Numbered from the stretch's first letter, positions 1 to 9,370 are shown. The stretch: DNA of 64,000 bases from Balanoglossus misakiensis (GCA_040954595.2 CM082590.2:9177764-9241763), one strand, 5' to 3'. Program-made: numbers and translations. Notes: generated by a model from the letters alone, not told the origin.

Positions 1-266
1 ACAGTACTTCTTCATGTACACAACCGGAATGTAAAACTCAAAATATTTTGGATTGAAAAAAAGATACTTGCCTGAATGCCTGGTTCATTGTCTCGTAATT
101 GAAACAGTCTGGGGCAAGACCAACTACTACAGTGTTAGGATCATGGGTTGGGATACCTGTTGTAAAACAAATACATGTAGTAGAATATCACATCGTTTTA
201 TGTTCCAATCTCATCAAAAAACAAAAAGAGAAACTATATGACAGGGGTGTAAAGTCAGTAACCAAC

Positions 267-1662
267 CTTCAAAGTCTTTAATCGCAGTGTCTTGTAACAA
301 TAACAGAGGTCTCAGATTCAGTTTCTCAACCAATCGTCTTGCAGCAGTCAGTGAAGTGAAGATCTCTTCCTCACCAATGTCAAAACCAAGACGTTTCAAT
401 CTGTCGTGTAACACCCCTTTACATTCCTTGGTTGTGTTTGTCACAAATCGCAGAGCCAGGTTTGTTTCCCTCAGCCTAGAATGAAAAAAAGTTCATAGAG
501 AATTAAAAAGACATTAGCTGGTTCTATTTCAGTGTTTTGTTCTGTGTACCTAATGTTCTTGTTGTACTCCAAACAGCATACAAATATACCCAGAACTCCG
601 CTTGTCAACACAGCCTGTATGTGTGTAACAACCACGTTATTGTTGACAAGTGAATTCAAACTTTGCACAATAATAATGCTGACTATAGGTTGTGTTAATA
701 AGTTGGATACTAGGTATTTCATCATGCTTCATTTGAACACGAAACTGAAGTAGACATACAAAACAAAAATACTAAAACATTGCTTTTTTGTAACAGGTGG
801 TTAGCGGAGTTCATGCAGATTTGCCGACATCAACCACTGGAGTATTGAACATGGAGAAAGAAGACATTTCCAGTACAGGTTCATACAGTCAAAGCCACTC
901 AACATCCCATGACTTCCCAGGAAATGTTTCAAGACATCACAGCTCGGTGAGTAAATCCTTTTGAGATCCACCAGCCCACTAGGAGCTCATAGTCCCCTCG
1001 CGCGGGTCGTTGGCTCGACCACAGTCTCCCTAGAGACGACCTTTGCAGGCGACGATGCCCGGGGCTTAGCAGCAAAAAAAAACCTACAACAGCACTTAAC
1101 CTAGCTTCAGTTTCAACCATATAGTCAACTGGTTCAACTGGCTTGTCAGAGCTACTAACTAACAACTGCTAGTCTATACAGCTTCAGGATATTGAATTAC
1201 TTTTGCTCACTTCTGCAGGAGTGTTTGCGATCATATACCGGTAGGATGCAGGAGTGATTCAATTACAGTCAGTGTGCCCACCAACAATGTATAATTTTTA
1301 AAGCTTTGAGTCATTTGAGGATTTCTCTGAGTCGACAGCCCTATATTTTTGTATGTGGTGTGGATAATTTTCTGGAGTCACCAGAGAGTTTGTTGAGTCA
1401 GTGGCGCGTCATATTGGCTTAGAGGACAGACACCCTGATTGCAGTAGAGTGGTTGGGACCACTTTCCCAGTATTTTCCCAGACTGGTTCAGTCGTCGTTG
1501 CTCTGTACGTGACCTAGCCGTGACCTGAACTTGACCTATACTTGACCTTTGAACTGCCCGCACTGCTCCCGGTATAGCGTTGTTGTCAATATGTAGAGTT
1601 CCACTCAAATCCACCAACACGGCCCCGGTCCGCGCCGCAGATAAACTCATGCCTTTCAACAT
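267..1662 (-). CDS. HDHD2: Haloacid dehalogenase-like hydrolase domain-containing protein 2, 5' part; coding exons 1662-1547 and 475-267, continuing beyond the left edge
   Basis: Spliced translation AVLVDLSGTLHIDNNAIPGAVRAVQR|LRETNLALRFVTNTTKECK...EEEIFTSLTAARRLVE matches the HDHD2 N-terminus (DLSGTLH, FVTNTTKE, EIFTSLTAAR). GT/AG boundaries are in compatible phases. Start may be ATG 1662 or 1650. Confidence 0.92.
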
Positions 1663-1938
1663 CTATGGTGCGTGAGTCTGCAACACCAACAGCACAGAAA
1701 TGAACTTGTTAGATACATGTATATAAGGTCTCACATTCTGGTTCTTTCTTTATTCAAATGTGCAAGTCACTAAGGGTTGCAACGAATACAGGTGTACTGT
1801 GTAGAACAAATAATATGAACAAATATGTACTGACTGATACAGTTGGCACGGCATAGATACACACACAAATTCATTACACAAATGGAATATCTATTTTCGC
1901 TTTGTAGATACTAGAATTTTTTTTACACTGGCAGCTAG

Positions 1939-2026
1939 ATCTTGGTTGTCTGCTACACACAGGTATTCATGGTTGTCTGCTACACACAGGTATTCATGAT
2001 TGTCTGCTACACTCAGGTCTTCATGG
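1939..2026. repeat. 30-bp minisatellite, about 3 copies (TGGTTGTCTGCTACACACAGGTATTCA...)
   Basis: Seen directly; only one unit is present at the paralogous position (~4672-4705). Confidence 0.85.
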
Positions 2027-2269
2027 TATCGCTGTGGAGATAACCTTGCCTGACCCCAAATTGTGAGACTGAATGACCGACCCACAATCGCACCAGGAAC
2101 TCACTGGTGTAAGTGACATACTCATTTTGTAAATAAACACCATATGCTTTGATTCACATATCACGGACCAGCTAGTCCCTGGGAAGTGTTTGAACAACAC
2201 CAAGATAAAGAGCCCTTCTATCCTCTGTTTCCGCGACAACTGTTAGTTCTGATACACCCCACGTACAGA

Positions 2270-4498
2270 ATGGCGACAGCTAGCACAGAAGGAAACTTTG
2301 TGAAAGAAATCAGTGAAGATTTCCTTCGTTGTACCATCTGTCTAGAGTTGTTTAAAACTCCCAAAACTCTACCATGTCTGCATACATTCTGTCAGCAGTG
2401 TTTAGTCACTCTGGTTGAAAACACAGGATTGACTCTAACCTGTCCAAGATGCCGACAGCAATATCAACTTCCTAGTAGCGGAGTTCCAGAAATCAAGACA
2501 AACTTCTTCATTTCAAATTTGACAGAATTGTTCAACCAACGACAGAAATCCACTCAGAGAGCTGAGATCAAGTGTGAAGGTTGCCAAGAGAATACAGCCA
2601 CTCACAGGTGTGTAGAGTGTCAATATTATCTCTGTAACATCTGTGTTAAGGCCCACAGAAATCTACCAGTCACCTGCACACACAGACTGATGACCATAGA
2701 AGAATATAAAACAGCAAAGTCAACCAATCCTGCAACATTAAATCTACAAGCAGTAGAATATTGCAGTGTCCACACCGAGAATGAAATTGAATTCTACTGT
2801 GAAACCTGTCAGGTGCCTGTCTGTACAGACTGTATAATAGTCAAACATCGCATACCAGAACATGTACACACAGACTTGAAAGATGCAGCAGATGAGTATC
2901 TGAGAGACTTGAAAGTCATGGTGGACAAAATGAAAGTGAAAGAACAGGAAACTGAAAAGAACAAAAGCCTAGCCAAGCAGGTACACAGCGATCTCACAGA
3001 GAAGCATAAGAAAGAAGAAAGGAAGGTGAGAATGACAGCAGAAGAAATCATCAACAAAGTAAAGAGAGAAGAGCAGAGACTGGTAGATGAGCTGAATGAA
3101 AATTACAAACTGAAAATAAAAACAGCAGCTGTGGACATTGATGAGTTGGAATTAAATCATGGTAACATTCAGAGTACATGCAGTTATATTGAAACATTGA
3201 TGCATCATGGGAATGCTGCTCAACTTCTTTCAAGCAAGGCTGATGCAGAACATCGCATCAATCAACTTATTGCCATGGAAACTAAACCACAGACAGGGTA
3301 TGAAGAAGTTGTATTTGATCCAAGGAGTGAGTTTAATGAACAGGGAATCCTGGGATCGCTGATATCTCAACATGAGATCTGTATCTCAAAGTGTACAGTT
3401 GAAAACATTCCAGAACAACTTCTGAAAGGTGACTCTGCACACCTGCTCATCACAACCAGAGATTCCACAGGAAAACAAGTCATCCCAAAACAACCAGTGA
3501 AAGCCAAGGTCAGAAAACCTGATGCATCGTGGGAAGACATCAATGTATCAGATAACAGAGATGGTACACACAGAGTGACAGTGAATGGACAAATGGATGG
3601 GAAGTATCAAGTTGTCATGACAATTGGAGATCAACCAATACCAGGCTCTCCTGTCATCATACTTGTCATCAAAGGATTGGTTCAAACTATTGGCAGTAGA
3701 GGAAGAGCTGAGGGACAGTTCAACAATCCCTTGAGTGTGGCCATAAACAAAGACAAAGACATTGTCACTGCTGATACAGACAATTACAGATTACAAATAA
3801 CCACCAGAGAGGGCAGAGTGAAGAAAATCTTGAAATTTACACAATTTAACAAACCTTTCTTACCACGTGACATAGCTATATCAAGTGATAATACACACTA
3901 TAGTTTAGATAACAACAATAAGCAAGTAGTTGTCAGTGATGAGAATGGACGTGTCATCAGATGCTTTGGACAGAATGAGCTGAAGGATCCATGGGGAATA
4001 TCTATCAGCCCTGTCAATGGGAATGTCTATGTGACAGACAGTGATGGGCAATGTGTCAGAATTTATACACAACATGGCCAGTATATTAGGTCATTTGGGT
4101 CAGAGGGTAATGGTCAGGGGGAATTCAACTATGCTTGGGGAATAGTAGTGGGAAGAAGTGGGATGGTATTTGTAGCAGATTCTGACAATAAGCGCATCCA
4201 GGTGTTCAGTTCAGATGACCAGTATTTGTATTCCTTTGATTGTAAGAGTGGAGATGGTCAGCTGAGATGGCCCCTGGGAATAATCATTGAGAATGATAAA
4301 TATGTGTATGTTAGTACTGGCTCCCCTTATAGCATACTGAAGTTTGAGATTGGTGGTAAGTTTGTGCGTCGTATTGACAGTGATGGGGATAAGCTGAAAT
4401 GCCCCATTGGTATGGCACTGACAGATGATGCACCTTGCAGGGTGGTTGTAGCTGATAAAAACAACCACTGCATCAAAGTGTTTGTACAGTCTTTGTAA
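2270..4498 (+). CDS. TRIM-NHL E3 ubiquitin ligase, copy A (RING, B-box1, B-box2, coiled coil, filamin, 6 NHL repeats; TRIM2/3/71-like class), single coding exon, 742 aa
   Basis: C3HC4 RING CTICLE..PCLHTFCQQC..CPRC, two B-boxes, filamin motif DNRDGTHRV, NHL repeats. ATG 2270 follows a putative 5'UTR intron (GTAAGT 2109 to TACAG 2268). Confidence 0.93.
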   Translation: MATASTEGNFVKEISEDFLRCTICLELFKTPKTLPCLHTFCQQCLVTLVENTGLTLTCPRCRQQYQLPSSGVPEIKTNFFISNLTELFNQRQKSTQRAEIKCEGCQENTATHRCVECQYYLCNICVKAHRNLPVTCTHRLMTIEEYKTAKSTNPATLNLQAVEYCSVHTENEIEFYCETCQVPVCTDCIIVKHRIPEHVHTDLKDAADEYLRDLKVMVDKMKVKEQETEKNKSLAKQVHSDLTEKHKKEERKVRMTAEEIINKVKREEQRLVDELNENYKLKIKTAAVDIDELELNHGNIQSTCSYIETLMHHGNAAQLLSSKADAEHRINQLIAMETKPQTGYEEVVFDPRSEFNEQGILGSLISQHEICISKCTVENIPEQLLKGDSAHLLITTRDSTGKQVIPKQPVKAKVRKPDASWEDINVSDNRDGTHRVTVNGQMDGKYQVVMTIGDQPIPGSPVIILVIKGLVQTIGSRGRAEGQFNNPLSVAINKDKDIVTADTDNYRLQITTREGRVKKILKFTQFNKPFLPRDIAISSDNTHYSLDNNNKQVVVSDENGRVIRCFGQNELKDPWGISISPVNGNVYVTDSDGQCVRIYTQHGQYIRSFGSEGNGQGEFNYAWGIVVGRSGMVFVADSDNKRIQVFSSDDQYLYSFDCKSGDGQLRWPLGIIIENDKYVYVSTGSPYSILKFEIGGKFVRRIDSDGDKLKCPIGMALTDDAPCRVVVADKNNHCIKVFVQSL

Positions 4499-4582
4499 AA
4501 GTTTAGAAAGTCAATAAAAACCTGGTTTTATTCATGCGTGCCGGCCAGTTAGACATAGTGTTTGGAGTATGCTTTCTGTCCT

Positions 4583-4584
4583 AA

Positions 4585-4619
<35 letters not shown>

Positions 4620-4621
4620 AA
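4583..4621. repeat. (TAAA)n microsatellite, also supplying AATAAA motifs downstream of TRIM copy A
   Basis: Seen directly. Confidence 0.9.
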
Positions 4622-4950
4622 TCATCAGATTTAGTATTTGTTGCTTTTATCAGAAAATGTCATATTGGCATATCTTGGTTGTCTGTTGCACACATGTATT
4701 CATGGTATCGCTGTGGAGATAACCTTGCCTGACCCCAAATTGTGAGACTGAATGACCGACCCACAATCGCACCAGGAACTCACTGGTGTAAGTAACGTAT
4801 ACTCATTTTGTAACTAAGCACCATATGCTTTGATTCCCATATCACGGACCAGCTAGTCCCTGGGAAGTGTTTGAACAACACCAAGATAAAGAGCCCTTCT
4901 ATCCTCTGTTCCTGCAGCAACTGTTAGTTCTAATCCACCCCACGTACAGA

Positions 4951-7026
4951 ATGGCGACAGCTAGCACAGAACGCAGATTTGTGAAAGAAATCAGTGAAGA
5001 TTTCCTTCATTGTACCATCTGTCTGGAGTTGTTTAAAACTCCCAAAACTCTACCATGTCTGCATACATTCTGTCAGCAGTGTTTAGTCACTCTGGTTGAA
5101 AACACAGGATCTCCAACCTGTCCAGAATGTCGACAGCAATATCAACTTCCTGGTAGCGGAGTTACAGGAATCAAGACCAACTTCTTCATTTCAAATTTAA
5201 CAGAATTGTTCAACCAACGACAGGAATCCTCTCAGAGAGCTGAGATCAAGTGTGAAGGTTGCCAAGAGAATACAGCCACTCACAGGTGTGTAGAGTGTCA
5301 ATATTATCTCTGTAACATCTGTGTTAAGGCCCACAGAAATCTACGAGTCACCCGAACACACAGACTGATGACCATAGAAGAATATAAAACAGCAAAGTCA
5401 ACCAATCCTGCAACATTACAAGCAGTAGAATATTGCAGTGTCCACACCGAGAATGAAATTGAATTCTACTGTGAAACCTGTCAGGTGCCTGTCTGTACAA
5501 ACTGTACAATAGTCAAACACCGCATACCAGAACATGTACACAGAGACTTGAAAGATGCAGCACATGAGTATCTGAGAGACTTGAAAGTCATGGTGGACAA
5601 ACTGAAAGTGAAAGAACGGGACATTGAAAAGAACATAAGCCTATCCAAGCAGGTACACAGTGATCTCACAGAGCAGTATAAGAAAGAAGATGAGTTGGAA
5701 TTAAAATGTGGTAACATTCGGAGTACATGCAGTTATATTGAAGCACTGATGCATTATGGGAATGCTGCTCAACTTCTGTCTATCAAACCTGATGCAGAAC
5801 ATTGCATTAAACAACTAATTGCCATGGAAACCAAACCACTGACAATTGATGAGGAAGCTGTATTCAGTGAAGAGTTCAATTTGCAGGGAATTCTGAGATC
5901 GCTGATATCTGATGTCTGTATCTCAAAGTGTACAGTTGAAAACATTCCAAACCAACTTCTGAAAGGTGACTCTGCACACCTGCTGATCACAACCAGAGAT
6001 TCCACAGGAAAACAAGTCATCCCAAAACAACCAGTGAAAGCCAAGGTAAAAAAACCTGATGCATCATGGAAAAACATCAAAGTTTCAGATAACAGAGATG
6101 GTACACACAGAGTGACAGTGAATGGACAAATGGATGGGAAGTATCAAGTTGCTATGACAATAGGAGATCAACCAATACCAGACTCTCCTGTCATCATACC
6201 TGTCATCAATGGATTGGTTCAAACCATTGGCAGTAGAGGAAGAGCTGAGGGACAGTACAGCTATCCCTGGAGTGTGGCCATAAACAAAGACAAAGACATT
6301 GTCACTGCTGATAGAGGCAATAACAGATTACAAATAACCACCAGAGAGGGCAGAGTGAAGAAAATCTTGCAATTTACACAATTTAAGGAGCCTTTCAGGC
6401 CAAGTGACATTGTTATATCAAGTGATAATACACACTATAGTTTAGATAACAATAACAAGCAAGTAGTTGTCAGTGATGAGAATGGACGTGTCAACAGATG
6501 CTTTGGACAGAATGAGCTGAAGAATCCATGGGGGATATCTATCAGCCCTCTCAATGGTAATGTCTATGTGACAGACAGGGGTGGGCAATGCATCAGGATT
6601 TATACACAACATGGCACGTATATAAGGTCATTTGGGTCAGGGGGTAAAGGTCGGGGGGAATTCAATAATCTCTGGGGGATAACAGTGGGAAGTAATGGGA
6701 TGGTATTTGTTGCCGACTGTGGTAACAAGCGCATCCAGGTGTTCAGTTCAGATGACAAGTATTTGTATTCCTTTGATTGTAAGAGTGGAGATGGTCAGTT
6801 GAGATGCCCCAGGGGAATAATCATTGAGAATGATAAATATGTGTATGTTAGTACTGGATCCATTTTTGGGGGTCACAGCATACTGAAGTATGAGAGTGGT
6901 GGTAAGTTTGTGTGTCGTGTTGACAGTGATGGGGATAAGCTGTGCCTCCCCACTGGTATGGCACTGACAGATGATGCACCTTGCAGGGTGGTTGTAGCTG
7001 ATTTAGGCAACCACTGCATCAAATAG
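4951..7026 (+). CDS. TRIM-NHL E3 ligase, copy B (691 aa), with a 41-aa in-frame coiled-coil deletion and a TAG just before the last NHL strand; possibly an incipient pseudogene
   Basis: Same domain order as copy A. KKE|DELEL junction lacks 123 bp (copy A 3017-3139). GTG in copy A is TAG at 7024-7026. The 5'UTR intron 4788-4949 is conserved. Confidence 0.85.
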   Translation: MATASTERRFVKEISEDFLHCTICLELFKTPKTLPCLHTFCQQCLVTLVENTGSPTCPECRQQYQLPGSGVTGIKTNFFISNLTELFNQRQESSQRAEIKCEGCQENTATHRCVECQYYLCNICVKAHRNLRVTRTHRLMTIEEYKTAKSTNPATLQAVEYCSVHTENEIEFYCETCQVPVCTNCTIVKHRIPEHVHRDLKDAAHEYLRDLKVMVDKLKVKERDIEKNISLSKQVHSDLTEQYKKEDELELKCGNIRSTCSYIEALMHYGNAAQLLSIKPDAEHCIKQLIAMETKPLTIDEEAVFSEEFNLQGILRSLISDVCISKCTVENIPNQLLKGDSAHLLITTRDSTGKQVIPKQPVKAKVKKPDASWKNIKVSDNRDGTHRVTVNGQMDGKYQVAMTIGDQPIPDSPVIIPVINGLVQTIGSRGRAEGQYSYPWSVAINKDKDIVTADRGNNRLQITTREGRVKKILQFTQFKEPFRPSDIVISSDNTHYSLDNNNKQVVVSDENGRVNRCFGQNELKNPWGISISPLNGNVYVTDRGGQCIRIYTQHGTYIRSFGSGGKGRGEFNNLWGITVGSNGMVFVADCGNKRIQVFSSDDKYLYSFDCKSGDGQLRCPRGIIIENDKYVYVSTGSIFGGHSILKYESGGKFVCRVDSDGDKLCLPTGMALTDDAPCRVVVADLGNHCIK

Positions 7027-7449
7027 TTTGTTCAGTGACAATGAAAACAATATTTAGAACTCCTCATCATGAGAGTCTAACATGTTGATGTACACTTCAT
7101 ATAAAGACAATTTATGGCATTTGAAGTGAAGTTTATTTTTATCTTGTGCTTGGGGAGGGTGATTTCTCCATGATGTCAAATGACTGAAGTTTGTTTTTAT
7201 TTGAGTGACCTTTACTTTTAGTTATGTCAGAATAGTCAAATTTTACAGACATGATCATTTTTTTTAAACTTCTCAAACAAACTTTTATCAACAGTTTCAA
7301 AGTTCATGAATTTTGTCATGAACATACTGCACAAATCAGTGATACCCTAGCTTATTTTTGTTGGTCTTCATAAAAGTTGTGGATGTGTAATTAAATCATG
7401 GGTATTTTGCATTTTGATCATGTGACTGATTGTCGGATTAAATGTACGA

Positions 7450-7792
7450 TTTCCAGTTGAGCGCCCTCATGCGACCAGACGTTTTCTTCCTAAACCTTTT
7501 GTTTGACAAAAATGATTTACTTCGCACTGTGATTAGGAAATGTAACGAATGATACATACCGAATAAATCACCGATTTTCACATTTCGGGGAAATATAAAC
7601 CGCACAATGTGTTAGTACAGGCCTGGTGTAAGGACGTCCATGGTTTAAGTACAGGATCTAATCCGGAACCCACGTGACCCCAATTTTGTGAGACCTTTTA
7701 GGTTACGCGAAACATGCTTTACCCAGTTAACAGAAGAGCTGTTTTCTATCAGAGTGGATCTTCAACAGAACGGTTTATAGAGAAAAAAACAG
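7450..7792. promoter_or_regulatory. Probable bidirectional promoter with non-coding first exons (AEN-like on +, HDHD2 on -)
   Basis: Locally CpG-richer; ETS CCGGAA (~7663) and E-box CACGTG (7671). Plus-strand donor CAG|GTGAGT at 7792/3; minus-strand donor-like sites near 7559-7570. Confidence 0.55.
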
Positions 7793-8040
7793 GTGAGTCT
7801 ATTTCATATCAAATGCGTTAGTCCATAGAATTGGTGGGTTTTGTTTTTTCCGCGTATTTCTGAGTTGCAGAATTCACACTCACTTAAGTGGTCAAAGTAC
7901 CATGTGTCCATTGCACAATCGATGGGAGAGAAATATGTAACATGTTTACAGCTGTATCGGGGATTCGCATTTGTAACAGAGGTTGGTGTTGAATTATTTG
8001 ATTATGAGTGGATATAATATGCAAGAGAGAAATCATATCC

Positions 8041-8246
8041 GGATCTGGTTCTCTTAGTGGACACGACTATACTCCACTGGCGATAATATGTTTTTTTTAG
8101 GGTTAGAGTTAGGAGGGTTAGGGTTAGGGTTAAATTCACCCTCACATTGCCACCCCTAACCCTCCTAACCCTAACCCTAACTCACCCTCATTGCCATGGT
8201 ATCGTTGCCATGGGGTATAGTCGTGTCCACTAAGAGAACCAGATCC
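8041..8246. mobile_element. Mutator (MULE)-type MITE with ~35-bp TIRs, 9-bp TSD and internal inverted TTAGGG-like repeats
   Basis: TIRs GGATCTGGTTCTCTTAGTGGACACGACTATAC / GTATAGTCGTGTCCACTAAGAGAACCAGATCC; perfect TSD ATCATATCC at 8032-8040 and 8247-8255. Confidence 0.9.
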
Positions 8247-8578
8247 ATCATATCCCTTGTGGGAATATGTGTTTCCATGTTCTGTCGACTTGAAGCCCAG
8301 CCTTGCGTGGGACTTACCGGTGCAATCAATCACTCACCATTTCCGGTTGCTAACTTTAATTCAATAACACTTATGTAAATAACACCAAAGGACTGAAGAA
8401 ATTTATTTGATGATTTTCAGTGTCTAGTTTATTGAGGTACTTTTAACATGCAGTTCTACATGAATAGGGCTGGAAAACGTGTATAGCATAGACTTAGACA
8501 GGGTTACTATGTAATAGAAGTTCAGGTTCATGACTTTTACACACATTTTTCATTTGTGATATTTCTTGTTTACAGAAA

Positions 8579-9370
8579 ATGCCATCTGCTGCCTGTGACA
8601 GTAAAAGCTATGGGATGAGCAAATCTTGTGAGAGAACTGTGGCTTCACAGATAAACGGGAAGATGAAGTCAGCGAAGATCAAACGGAAGAAGACCTTGTC
8701 AAGTCGGATAAGAAGATTGCTAGCCAGCAGCAAGGAACAAAAGAAGAAAGGAAAGAGAAAAAGTGAACGATCTAATTCATCTGATTGTTCACACACAACC
8801 TGCAGGCAATATGTGGCTTTGGATTGTGAAATGGTCGGAGTGGGTCCCTTTAAAAGAACTGCCTTGGCAAGATGCACAGTAGTGGATTACCATGGCAACT
8901 GTTTGTGCGATACTTTTGTTATCCCGGACGAACCTGTGACAGATTATAGAACTCCATGGAGTGGTATACGTAAGGAAGATCTTGAAAAAGGTGTGGATTT
9001 TACAACAGCGCGACGCCAAGTGGAAAAACTTCTTGCAGGGAAGATACTTATAGGACATGCCATTGAAAATGATCTGAAAGCACTGAAGTTGACGCACCCA
9101 GTGGATAAAATCAGGGATACATCCAAATGTTTGCGTATACACAACTTGATGGGCGTTGTTGTGAAACAGAGCTTTAGTTTGAAACGGTTGAGCAAGCAAC
9201 TGCTTCAGCGGGATATACAGAACGGAGAACACTGTTCTTTGGAGGATGCCAGGGCGGCTATGGATTTGTTCAAACTTACAGAGAATTGTTCCGAGAGTGA
9301 TTGTCACAGCGCGCATCTACAGAGTTTCATGGACGATGCTTTCTGGCCAGTTGATGTTGATAATGAATAA
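8579..9370 (+). CDS. AEN: Apoptosis-enhancing nuclease / ISG20-family DEDDh 3'-5' exonuclease, single coding exon, 263 aa
   Basis: ExoI VALDCEMVG, ExoII LIGHAIENDL, ExoIII HCSLEDARA; basic N-terminal NLS; C-terminal FMDDAFWP resembles the YMEDQYWP tail of AEN. Splice acceptor TTTACAG lies just before the ATG. Confidence 0.8.
   Translation: MPSAACDSKSYGMSKSCERTVASQINGKMKSAKIKRKKTLSSRIRRLLASSKEQKKKGKRKSERSNSSDCSHTTCRQYVALDCEMVGVGPFKRTALARCTVVDYHGNCLCDTFVIPDEPVTDYRTPWSGIRKEDLEKGVDFTTARRQVEKLLAGKILIGHAIENDLKALKLTHPVDKIRDTSKCLRIHNLMGVVVKQSFSLKRLSKQLLQRDIQNGEHCSLEDARAAMDLFKLTENCSESDCHSAHLQSFMDDAFWPVDVDNE

Larger units (their letters stand above)
1939..7040 (+). repeat. Tandem duplication of a ~2.7-kb unit (1939-~4500 and 4672-~7040), each carrying upstream region, 5'UTR intron and TRIM-NHL CDS
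   Basis: Non-coding leader 2021-2270 is nearly identical to 4700-4951; the CDSs align throughout. Confidence 0.93.

Noticed and set aside
985-1075. RNase MRP RNA (AGTCCCC...GGGGCTTA resembles the P4 helix)
   Set aside because: Only ~75 nt separate the two motifs, the GAAAG context is absent and no T-run terminator follows.
2186-2269. 28-aa N-terminal extension of the TRIM ORFs from a GTG start (also 4867-4950)
   Set aside because: Falls inside a GT-AG 5'UTR intron; the ATG at 2270/4951 gives a typical MATAS start just before the RING.
3017-3139. Intron loss explaining the 123-bp difference between TRIM copies
   Set aside because: The segment does not have GT-AG ends and encodes in-frame coiled-coil heptads.
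3715-7026. Diversity-generating retroelement-style adenine mutagenesis of NHL loops
   Set aside because: Many differences involve non-A bases and third positions, and no template repeat or reverse transcriptase is present in the window.
8098-8181. Telomere or chromosome fusion site
   Set aside because: Short degenerate TTAGGG tracts enclosed by TIRs and a 9-bp TSD, so internal to a MITE.
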